Assembly (NCBI GenBank): GCA_965218425.1 | Contig: OZ244621.1 | Coordinates: 1-64,000 of the forward strand | Origin: an uncultured Candidatus Binatia bacterium | GTDB taxonomy: Bacteria; Desulfobacterota; Binatia; UBA9968; CAXXLF01 | Direction: 5' to 3' | DNA: 64,000 bases | In this document: in pieces, positions 30,211 through 38,672 of the stretch | Numbering within the stretch: position 1 is the first letter of the stretch | Layout: every line of letters starts with the position of its first letter | Position numbers and translations under genes: made by a program | The notes under the pieces: generated by a model | The model's input: only the letters and a program-made list of their open reading frames with translations | What the model was told of the DNA's origin: nothing | The model's database searches: none

Positions 30211-31383
30211 ATGGAAACTTTCGATAAAACCCTGGTGATCGATGCCGACGGACATGTGAACGAAGGCGACGTGGATATTGCCTCCTGGCTTCCAGAAAAG
30301 TTTCGCTCCCTGGCGCCAGTGAGGCTCAGGGACAACCGTGGTCATCCGCGCATGCTTCTGGAAGGCAGGATCTGGCCCAACGCCGAAGGGCGCGCTCCGG
30401 GCGTTTCAGGGCCCTTTACCGATAAGGCGCGAAAGACCCGTCCGGGTATGACCGATCCCCACCAGAGATTGAAAGACATGGATATCGAAGGTATCGATGT
30501 GGCGGTGATATTTGGTACGCAGATTGCCCTCACCGTCAACGGCCTGATGAACAGGGATCTTGCCGCGGCGCTTTGCCATGCGGTCAACCAATGGCTGATA
30601 GACTACTGCTCGGCGGACCCTGCGCGCCTGCGTGCCGTGGGACTGATCCCCTGCCAAGACCCTCCCGCTGCGGTTCGTGAACTCCAATTCCTCGCCAAAC
30701 ACGATGTGCCAACCGCCATGCTCCCAAATAACGTGTACGGCATAAACATGGGAGACGCCATGTTCGATCCCATCTTTGCACAGGCGCAGGAACTGGATAT
30801 GCCTCTGTGCGTCCATCCCCAGACCGGCCACGACGGAACTCCTGGCGTCTCAGGAGTCATGGGGGCCGGGAGTGAGCGCTTCGTGAAGTACGTATACGTG
30901 CATATGACCGCGTTCCCCTTCGAGCTTATGATCGCAATGATGCACATGATTGGCGAAGGAGTCTTCGATCGGTATCCTCGTTTGAAGGTGGGGTTCATGG
31001 AAGGTGGCGCTGGATGGCTGCCCTTCTGGATGGAACGGTTGGACGAGCACGTGGAAAAGCTGGCGCCCCAAATGCCGGGGTTGAAGAGAAGGCCCAGCGA
31101 GATCATCCAAAGCGACCAGGTGATGCTGACGTGCGAGTCGGAGGAGAGCGGCCTGGATCGTGTGCTCAAATCCGCGGGTCCGGCAAGCGTCGCATACGCA
31201 TCCGATTATTGTCATTGGGATTGCCGATTTCCCTATACCGTAAAAGACATTATCGAAGCTGAAGATCTGAGTTTTGACGAGAAGGAACAAATCCTGCATC
31301 GCAACGCCATTGAGTTCTTCTCGCTGAAAAACTTACCTGAGCCAAGAGCCGTCGGCATCGCTAAACAATCATGGGCATCGTGA
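30211..31383 (+). CDS. Amidohydrolase_2 family protein
   Basis: IDADGH, RLKDMDIEGID, FMEGG, ASDYCHWD; RBS GGAGGG. Confidence 0.88.
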   Translation: METFDKTLVIDADGHVNEGDVDIASWLPEKFRSLAPVRLRDNRGHPRMLLEGRIWPNAEGRAPGVSGPFTDKARKTRPGMTDPHQRLKDMDIEGIDVAVIFGTQIALTVNGLMNRDLAAALCHAVNQWLIDYCSADPARLRAVGLIPCQDPPAAVRELQFLAKHDVPTAMLPNNVYGINMGDAMFDPIFAQAQELDMPLCVHPQTGHDGTPGVSGVMGAGSERFVKYVYVHMTAFPFELMIAMMHMIGEGVFDRYPRLKVGFMEGGAGWLPFWMERLDEHVEKLAPQMPGLKRRPSEIIQSDQVMLTCESEESGLDRVLKSAGPASVAYASDYCHWDCRFPYTVKDIIEAEDLSFDEKEQILHRNAIEFFSLKNLPEPRAVGIAKQSWAS

Positions 31384-32108
31384 ATCCTCAAGCTGGCATT
31401 GGTCTCATCATACCCTCGAGTAATCGGGTCACGGAACCGCAGTTCAACAGGTACGCTAACAATGAAATTGGGATTCACGTTGCCCGAGTTCGTATGACCG
31501 GGAAGTGGCACAAGCCTCTTCTCCAGCTCGCCGAGGCCATCCTGGAGGCCGCCCGGACCCTTTCCGATGTTAACCCCCGTGTTATTGTTTTTCACTGCAC
31601 CGCCAGTTCAATGGAAGAGGGATTGGCCAGTGAGACTCGCCTGTTGGAAATGATTCACGAGGCCACCGGATGTTCCGTTTTGAGCACCGGCCAGGCGGTT
31701 AGGGAAGCCCTCGGCTCCTTGGGAGTAAAGCGACTGGTCATGATTAGCCCCTATGTGAAACAGACAAACCTCCATGAGGTCAATTATCTTGAGGAGGCTG
31801 GAATTGACGTGATCCATGAACAGGGGCTCGGCTTGACCGGAGCCGATGAATACTTGAAGCTCACCCCGCAGGACTGGATGGCAATTGCAATGGAAAACAG
31901 GCGTTCTGAAGCCGAGGGTTACTTTTTGAGTTGTACGAATACCACCATGATCGATGCCATTGAAAGATGTGAAGATACTCTATCTCGACCAGTGGTGACG
32001 AGCAACCAGGCTACCCTTTGGGCCTGCCGGCAAAGGCTAGGACTTGGCGGTTACATTCCTGGGCTGGGTCGCTTATTTAAAGAGAAAAGTAAGATCCGCC
32101 AGGATTGA
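31371..32108 (+). CDS. Maleate isomerase / arylmalonate decarboxylase (Asp/Glu racemase family)
   Basis: GLIIPSSN, FHCTASS and LSCTN catalytic Cys pair, PVVTSNQA. Confidence 0.85.
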   Translation: MGIVNPQAGIGLIIPSSNRVTEPQFNRYANNEIGIHVARVRMTGKWHKPLLQLAEAILEAARTLSDVNPRVIVFHCTASSMEEGLASETRLLEMIHEATGCSVLSTGQAVREALGSLGVKRLVMISPYVKQTNLHEVNYLEEAGIDVIHEQGLGLTGADEYLKLTPQDWMAIAMENRRSEAEGYFLSCTNTTMIDAIERCEDTLSRPVVTSNQATLWACRQRLGLGGYIPGLGRLFKEKSKIRQD

Positions 32109-32345
32109 CCCCGATTCAAAGTCTCCACTCGTATCAATGCGGTTAAAGGCACAATTTAAACCCGTCTCCAGGTCGGGAAAATTTCATTATTATTTTTAAT
32201 CCATTCCACACAACGCCGTGCGTATAAGCGCGTGGCTGGAGATTCTCTGGTTCCATCCACTTCGGTCTTGAGGATTCGGATCGGGGTTGACACCTACACG
32301 AAGTGACGTATATTTTCTACCCAACCAACCAAGGGGAAATAAATT

Positions 32346-33410
32346 ATGCGGAAAAACCTGTATCCCGTCATCGACGGTGACGGCCATGTGATGGAGCGGG
32401 GAGATGAGCTGGTAAAGTTCTTGGGCAAGACCTATAGCAGTAGCGCCGGCAAAGACGGAACTTTGGTGCAGACCTATCCCCTCTTCCCTTCCTTGGACGG
32501 ATGGGCGAGGTCGTCTAATACAAGTTCACCGGGAAGACGTGATCATCCCGACTGCGAAACCTGGCTCTGTTTTTTGGACGACTGTGGGATTGAGAAGACT
32601 GTTGTCTATCCCACCGCCGGTCTCGCCTTTGGTTTGATTCAAGATGCATCGTGGGCGGCCGATCTAGCCAGTGCCTACAATTCATGGTTACACTCGCAGT
32701 ATATGCAAAAGACGCCGCGTATCCTCGGGGCCGCTTTAATTCCCATTCACAATATAGCGGCCGCGATCCTAGAGCTGCGCCGTGCAAAAAATGAGCTGGG
32801 GATGCCGGCCGCTGTGCTTCCATCAGTCACCAGTCTTGGGAAAGGCTACGGTCATGAGAGCTTCTTCCCGTTATACGACGCCGCTTGTGAGTTGGGCATG
32901 GCCTTGTCGGTTCACGGTGCGCCGAGCCGTGGCCTGGGTTTTGATTATCTGAACACGTTCGTGGAAGTTCATGCCCTTGAACATCCCCTGCCCCTCATGA
33001 TCCATTTGACCAACATGGTTTTTCAAGGGGTCTTTGAGCGCTTCCCCACTCTCAAGGTTGCATTTTTGGAAGCCGGGAGCGGCTGGGTACCATTCATGAT
33101 GGACCGACTCGACGAGGACTACGAGCGACGGGGTAAGAAATGGGCGCCTCATCTTAAACGTTTGCCCAGCGAGTATATTTCAAGCGGTTGTGTTTACGTC
33201 TCAATCGAATCGGAGGAACGCACCCTGCCCTATGTCCTGAAGCTCCTTGGTGAAGATTACGTTTTTTTTGCGTCGGACTATCCCCACGAACGTACTCGGT
33301 TGGACTTCCTGCCGGACATCCCCGGACTTGCGGCACGTGAGGATGTATCGGACTCGGCCAAGCGCAAGTTATTCTCGGAGAACGCTAAGAGGTTCTACGG
33401 ATTGGCCTAA
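32346..33410 (+). CDS. Amidohydrolase_2 family protein
   Basis: IDGDGH, AYNSWL, FLEAGSGW, FASDYPH. Confidence 0.88.
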   Translation: MRKNLYPVIDGDGHVMERGDELVKFLGKTYSSSAGKDGTLVQTYPLFPSLDGWARSSNTSSPGRRDHPDCETWLCFLDDCGIEKTVVYPTAGLAFGLIQDASWAADLASAYNSWLHSQYMQKTPRILGAALIPIHNIAAAILELRRAKNELGMPAAVLPSVTSLGKGYGHESFFPLYDAACELGMALSVHGAPSRGLGFDYLNTFVEVHALEHPLPLMIHLTNMVFQGVFERFPTLKVAFLEAGSGWVPFMMDRLDEDYERRGKKWAPHLKRLPSEYISSGCVYVSIESEERTLPYVLKLLGEDYVFFASDYPHERTRLDFLPDIPGLAAREDVSDSAKRKLFSENAKRFYGLA

Positions 33411-33509
33411 ATGCTCGAGAAAATATGAATAGTGCTTTGCTGTCATGGTCTTTTAGGTGGTTTTTGGCCTCAAAAAATGTTAAGCAAAAAGGCTCCCTAA
33501 ATAAGATTG

Positions 33510-33564
33510 TATTTTGACTGATTATGTCAGCTATCTTGACTTGCGGGGCAATAGGGCCTATCTT
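33510..33564 (+). promoter_or_regulatory. Rrf2 (IscR/CymR-like) operator candidate next to a sigma70 promoter of moeB
   Basis: TATTTTGACTGATTATGTCAGCTAT at 33510-33534, then TTGACT-17 nt-TATCTT. Confidence 0.5.
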
Positions 33565-33628
33565 AGATCTTAAGAATCTGGCTTTTGGATAAAGATTTGA
33601 TAAATCAGTAGATTTTTAAGGAGGGGGT

Positions 33629-34807
33629 ATGGCAAAGACCTTTGATCAGCTAATGAGTGATGCTCGCAAGGAGGTCAAAGAGCTTACTGTTGACGAGGTC
33701 CAGAAACTCACAGCGCACAACGGTAAATACCTGCTTTTGGACGTGCGTGAGAAGGAAGAGTACCGAGAAGGCCATTTGGAAGGATCGGTATCCATCCCTC
33801 GTGGCTTTCTCGAGATACGAGTGGAGAGCGCCATTCCTGAGAAGTCGACTCCCATTATCGCCTACTGTGCGGGCGGTGTGCGCTCGTTGCTCGCGGCCAA
33901 GGACATGAAGGAGATGGGGTATCAAGAGGTTATTTCCATGTCAGGAGGTTACTCGGCATGGAAGGCCGCTGGGTACGATACAGCTCAAGACCGTCAATTT
34001 ACTCCGGAACAGATGACCCGCTACAGCCGCCATTTCCTGCTTCCAGAGGTGGGTGAAGAGGGTCAAGCGAAACTCCTCGATGCCAAAGTATTGATGGTTG
34101 GCGCCGGAGGATTGGGCTCGCCCTCAGCCTACTACCTTGCGGCGGCAGGTGTAGGTACCATGGGGATCATCGATCCTGATGTGGTGGATCTATCCAACCT
34201 GCAAAGACAGATTCTGCACACAAACGACCGCATAGGTCAGCCGAAAACCGAATCCGCGAAACAGACCCTTCAGGCCCTGAACCCTGATGTGCGCGTCATT
34301 ACCTATCAGGATAAGTTGACCTCAGAGAATGTGATGGACATTATCAAGGACTACGACATCATAGTCGATGGCTGCGATAATTTTCCTACCCGTTATTTAG
34401 TCAACGATGCCTGCGTCATGGTTAACAAACCCAACGTGCATGGAAGCATATTTCAGTTTGACGGCCAGGCTTCAGTCTTCTATCCGGGCAAGGGTCCCTG
34501 CTATCGTTGCCTCTACCCTGAGCCACCTCCTCCGGGAATGGCTCCAAGCTGCGCCGAAGCCGGGGTTCTGGGTGTTCTACCAGGTCTCATTGGAACCATA
34601 CAGGCCATCGAGACCATCAAGCTCATCTTGGGGAAAGGCGATAATCTTGTGGGGAAACTCCTCTGCTTCAACACCCTCTCCATGGAGGTCACCACGTTGA
34701 ACCTCAAGAAGGATCCGGATTGCCCGGTTTGCGGGGAAAAGCCTTCGATCCACGAACTCATCGATTACGAGGAGTTCTGCAATCTCCGGGAATCCCATGC
34801 GGCATAA
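33629..34807 (+). CDS. moeB: Rhodanese-ThiF/MoeB fusion (sulfur-carrier adenylyltransferase)
   Basis: N-terminal rhodanese (DVRE, YCAGGVRS); RYSRH, GAGGLGS, SNLQRQ, CYRC and CPVC. Confidence 0.88.
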   Translation: MAKTFDQLMSDARKEVKELTVDEVQKLTAHNGKYLLLDVREKEEYREGHLEGSVSIPRGFLEIRVESAIPEKSTPIIAYCAGGVRSLLAAKDMKEMGYQEVISMSGGYSAWKAAGYDTAQDRQFTPEQMTRYSRHFLLPEVGEEGQAKLLDAKVLMVGAGGLGSPSAYYLAAAGVGTMGIIDPDVVDLSNLQRQILHTNDRIGQPKTESAKQTLQALNPDVRVITYQDKLTSENVMDIIKDYDIIVDGCDNFPTRYLVNDACVMVNKPNVHGSIFQFDGQASVFYPGKGPCYRCLYPEPPPPGMAPSCAEAGVLGVLPGLIGTIQAIETIKLILGKGDNLVGKLLCFNTLSMEVTTLNLKKDPDCPVCGEKPSIHELIDYEEFCNLRESHAA

Positions 34808-34841
34808 ACCGTTTTAATACGCCGCACCCGAGATACACAGA

Positions 34842-34873
34842 AAAGGCCGATGCTTGGCGTCGGCCTTTCTTTC
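34842..34873 (+). terminator. Rho-independent terminator after moeB
   Basis: AAAGGCCGATGC-TTG-GCGTCGGCCTTT hairpin followed by CTTTC. Confidence 0.6.
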
Positions 34874-34885
34874 ATTGCCCCATCC

Positions 34886-35548
34886 ATGGAAACCGTATTT
34901 TTGATGCGCCACGGCGAGACCGCCTGGAACCAGGAAAAGCGCGTCATGGGACGTCTCGAAACCCCCCTTAGCCGAAGCGGCATCGCACAAGCAAAACGGA
35001 TCGCCAGATTACTGCCTGATCTGGAGATTCGCGCCATATACACCAGCCCTTTAAAGCGCGCCGTGCAGACCGCGCGGATCCTTGCCAAGGAATGTCACAG
35101 GTCGGTAAAGATCAATCCAAACCTCACTGAAGTCGCCTTCGGTCGTTGGCAGGGGTTTCGATTCGATGACCTGCTCAAGGATAAGGCCTACCATCGTTTT
35201 TTGCGAAGTCCTCTCAAGGCTGCCGTCCCCGGGGGCGAGACCATCGTTGACGTGCAAAAGCGGGGCTTGAAGGCGATCCGGCGAGCCATCCGGGACTACC
35301 CAAAAGGCCGTATCCTCTTTGTCTCCCATGGGGACGTCATCCGGGCCATCCTCTGTCACTACTTAAAACTTCCCCTGCAAGAGTTCCGGCGACTCAGGAT
35401 CGATAACGGCACCTTGAGTGCCTTTGAGGTGGACGGCGACTGGGCTGAGATCAAATACATGAACTACCTTCCAGACGTCACGAAAGTCAGTAACGAGCCA
35501 TTCGCCGGTCTTAGGCCGGGCACTCTCAAACGGGAGAAAACCAGATAA
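34886..35548 (+). CDS. Histidine phosphatase family protein
   Basis: RHGETAWN, SPLKRA, FGRWQG, GGET, SHGDVI. Confidence 0.88.
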   Translation: METVFLMRHGETAWNQEKRVMGRLETPLSRSGIAQAKRIARLLPDLEIRAIYTSPLKRAVQTARILAKECHRSVKINPNLTEVAFGRWQGFRFDDLLKDKAYHRFLRSPLKAAVPGGETIVDVQKRGLKAIRRAIRDYPKGRILFVSHGDVIRAILCHYLKLPLQEFRRLRIDNGTLSAFEVDGDWAEIKYMNYLPDVTKVSNEPFAGLRPGTLKREKTR

Positions 35549-35555
35549 CTGACCG

Positions 35556-36278
35556 CTAAACGTAGGGTGTTCGTTGAGGCCGGACGGTGATTTCCACAGG
35601 GCAGGCAGTGGGTGGAGAGGTCAAAACAAACAGCACCGTTCGGGCGATGTCTTCAGGACGGATCATCTTCGTTCTATCCATCCTGCGCATTTGGGGAATC
35701 AACGGGGTATCCACAAAACCCGGGCAGATGGCAGCGACCCTGATGCCGTATTCCCTGACTTCATCGAAAAGGGACTGGGTGAACCCCATCAAACCAAATT
35801 TGGAGGCCGAATAAGCGGAGCCGTTTGCCTGGCCGGATTTCCCTGACACGGAAGATATGTTGATAATGGATCCTTCCCCTCTTTCCATCATCTTTGGAAG
35901 AACCAATTTGCTCAAAACCATGGGGGCGCGTAGGTTGACCCGAAACGTTTCGTCCCAGTCCGAAACCCTCGCCTTCACTACGGGCGCCACTTTTCCCGAC
36001 CCCGCATTGTTGATGAGGATATCGACGCAACCCCATGTCTGGATGGTTTGTTCCACAAGCCGTTCCATCTCTTGATCCAAGGCCAGATCCGTTGGAATGA
36101 CCAACGCCTCTCCGTTCTGGCGGATTATTTCTTCGCTTACGGATCGTAGCTGGGGTTCGCTGCGGGCAGCCAAGACGACCCGTGAACCCGATTGGGCGAG
36201 GAGAATTGCAGTGACCTTGCCGATGCCCTGGCTCGCCCCGGTAACAATAGAGACTTTGCCTGCCAGCGGTTGGATCAT
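35556..36278 (-). CDS. SDR family oxidoreductase
   Basis: TGASQGIG, NNAG, YSASK, PGFVDT. Confidence 0.9.
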   Translation of the reverse strand: MIQPLAGKVSIVTGASQGIGKVTAILLAQSGSRVVLAARSEPQLRSVSEEIIRQNGEALVIPTDLALDQEMERLVEQTIQTWGCVDILINNAGSGKVAPVVKARVSDWDETFRVNLRAPMVLSKLVLPKMMERGEGSIINISSVSGKSGQANGSAYSASKFGLMGFTQSLFDEVREYGIRVAAICPGFVDTPLIPQMRRMDRTKMIRPEDIARTVLFVLTSPPTACPVEITVRPQRTPYV

Positions 36279-36282
36279 TGTA

Positions 36283-36705
36283 CTAATGGAAAGTTGTTTT
36301 CGATTCCGATTGTTCCGGGGCCGCTGTGGGTCCGCCATGATGGTGGATGATGTACCATTGGTCCTGGCGCTTCTCGTAGATGTTGGTCGATAGGATGACC
36401 CCGGAAGATGTTTCGCGCCCTACGCGACTATTGATGTTTTCGTACAAGGTCACCCAAGCCAGTGAATCTCGAACCTGAATTTTAACGTCCGTGAGTAGGA
36501 AGCGAATCTCCACGGTATTTTCAAAGATCTGGCGCCAGCTAGCGATCACGTCATCCCAACCCGTCAGGGATCTCCACCCGGGATGAATGCACTGGACGTA
36601 TTTTTCCTTCAGCCAAACCTTTTCCATCTCCTTTATATCCAGGCTTTCAAATGCGTGATAAAACGCCTCGTTGGCCTTGAAGACCCCTCCTTCGTCTTTG
36701 GTCAT
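36283..36705 (-). CDS. SnoaL/NTF2-like protein
   Basis: ANEAFYHAFE, CIHPGW, TNIYE...W.IIHHH. Confidence 0.8.
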   Translation of the reverse strand: MTKDEGGVFKANEAFYHAFESLDIKEMEKVWLKEKYVQCIHPGWRSLTGWDDVIASWRQIFENTVEIRFLLTDVKIQVRDSLAWVTLYENINSRVGRETSSGVILSTNIYEKRQDQWYIIHHHGGPTAAPEQSESKTTFH

Positions 36706-36717
36706 TACCAACTCTTC

Positions 36718-37044
36718 CTAGTGGGTGGGTTTGGGTGCCATAAAAACCAGGAGGACCAGCCGGTCCGGACCTGTATTTCTAACCCCATGTTTTTGACCCG
36801 AGGATGCCAGGATGATTTCGTCGCTTCCCAACTCTCTCTCCTTGTATCCGATTTGAAACAAGCCCTTACCCTGGACCACAAAGTAAATTTTATCTGAGCC
36901 CTCATGGCTATGCACCGGCTGCGATTGTCCCGGTTCCAAGCAGTAGAGGTCACAGAACATCCTGTCGGTCTCGAACAGTCCGTTTTTTTTCATCTTATCC
37001 GGTGAAAATTGGATGGCCTCTGAAACCTTTTTGAACTCTTCCAT
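36718..37044 (-). CDS. Cupin domain protein
   Basis: PGQSQPVHSH, YFVVQGKG, HGVRN. Confidence 0.85.
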   Translation of the reverse strand: MEEFKKVSEAIQFSPDKMKKNGLFETDRMFCDLYCLEPGQSQPVHSHEGSDKIYFVVQGKGLFQIGYKERELGSDEIILASSGQKHGVRNTGPDRLVLLVFMAPKPTH

Positions 37045-37119
37045 GGGTGCTCCTCCTGGGCAATCCTAGCACGACGGCAAAACGATGCAAATTGAGAAAG
37101 GCTATGGTAGTTTGAGTTT

Positions 37120-38280
37120 ATGAACTCGGCTTTGATCCGTTATCATGAGGTGGCCCTGAAGAAAGGGAACCGTCCTTATTTCGTGGAGTTACTCAAGCGG
37201 AATTTGAAATCGTCGGTGGCAGGACTGGGGCTCAAGGAAATCAAAATCTTGCAGGGCCGTCTCTTTATGGATTTTAATGGGGAAGCAGACAGTGGTGAGA
37301 TTCGCCGACGCCTGAGCTGCGTCTTCGGAGTTGCCAATTTTTCCTTCGTCGAACGAACCCCGGTTGATCTGGAGGCCTTGAAGACAGGAATCCTTGAATC
37401 CCTGAAGAGAGAGGAATTTAGCTCGTTCCGCATTCAAACCAAACGAGCCGACAAAAGCTTTCCGCTCAGTTCACCGGATGTCAACCGCGAAGTGGGGGGA
37501 GCGGTAAAAGCGTATTCAGGCGCTCGGGTAGACCTCACGAACGCGGAGCTCACCATCGGTATTGAGATTCTTTCCCGCGATGCCTTTTTTAGCTTAGACA
37601 AGACTCCCGGTCCGGGTGGACTGCCTGTGGGGGTCAGCGGCCGGGTGGTTTGCCTCATATCGGGCGGCATCGATTCTCCGGTCGCGGCCTACCGGATGAT
37701 GCAACGGGGTTGTCGGCTGATTTTCGTCCATTTCCATAGCAGCCCCTACTTGGATAAGACTTCCCAGGAGAAGGTCAAGGAACTGGTGAAGATCCTCACC
37801 CAGTACCAGTTTACCTCGCGGCTCTATCTAGTACCTTTCGGTGAAATCCAGCGTCAAATTGTCAGCGCTGTGCCGCGTCCCCTGAGGATCGTTCTATACC
37901 GGAGGATGATGGTTAGAGTTGCGGAGGCAATTGCCGCAAAAGAGAAGGCCGTTGCCCTGGTCACCGGCGAAAGCCTTGCTCAGGTCGCTTCGCAAACCCT
38001 TCAGAACCTCGCAGTTGTTGAGAATGCTGCCAAACTACCGATGCTTCGGCCCCTGGTGGGCATGGACAAACAGGAGATCATCGACCAGGGAAGAAGAATC
38101 AATACCTTCGATGTATCAGCACTCCCCGACCAGGACTGCTGCCAACTGTTCGTCCCACGCCACCCCGATACCAAGGCCAGCCTGGGAGAAGTCGAAAAGT
38201 CAGAATCTCGCCTGGATCTGCCGGCCCTCACCCAGTTGGGAGCTGAAAATAGCGCAATCAATAACTTCAAGTTTCCCTAG
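37120..38280 (+). CDS. thiI: tRNA 4-thiouridine synthase (THUMP + PP-loop, no rhodanese domain)
   Basis: YHEVALKKGNR, THUMP domain, ISGGIDSPVA, GESLAQVASQT, QDCC. Confidence 0.93.
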   Translation: MNSALIRYHEVALKKGNRPYFVELLKRNLKSSVAGLGLKEIKILQGRLFMDFNGEADSGEIRRRLSCVFGVANFSFVERTPVDLEALKTGILESLKREEFSSFRIQTKRADKSFPLSSPDVNREVGGAVKAYSGARVDLTNAELTIGIEILSRDAFFSLDKTPGPGGLPVGVSGRVVCLISGGIDSPVAAYRMMQRGCRLIFVHFHSSPYLDKTSQEKVKELVKILTQYQFTSRLYLVPFGEIQRQIVSAVPRPLRIVLYRRMMVRVAEAIAAKEKAVALVTGESLAQVASQTLQNLAVVENAAKLPMLRPLVGMDKQEIIDQGRRINTFDVSALPDQDCCQLFVPRHPDTKASLGEVEKSESRLDLPALTQLGAENSAINNFKFP

Positions 38281-38672
38281 AAATAATAGCATTTAAACTT
38301 ATGTAATAAATAATTATTACGTCTTGAACTAGATCCCCCCTCGATGAGTCGACAATCTGAGACGCTTCGGTGGGAGATCCCTGCAGTTATCCCCGTTCGT
38401 CGAATATTTTGCTTTTCTCCTCCCGTAGTATGGTCGTCTATCATTATGGGGTAGCCCTTTGATGCAGTTGGATCATTTGGGAGTGAAGTGAGCATATCTG
38501 TTGCTCATAAAGGCCCGCGAGGTTGCGAATCCATGAGGAGATTTCTATGGAGCAGCGGGAGGCAGATCTCGAGTTGGAGAATCAGGCATCAAAGAAACTC
38601 GTGAAAAAGAGTTCGCAGAAATCAAAAAAAGTCAGAGCCCCTGATTTGGGTCAAACTGGCACAGAGGCGCTG

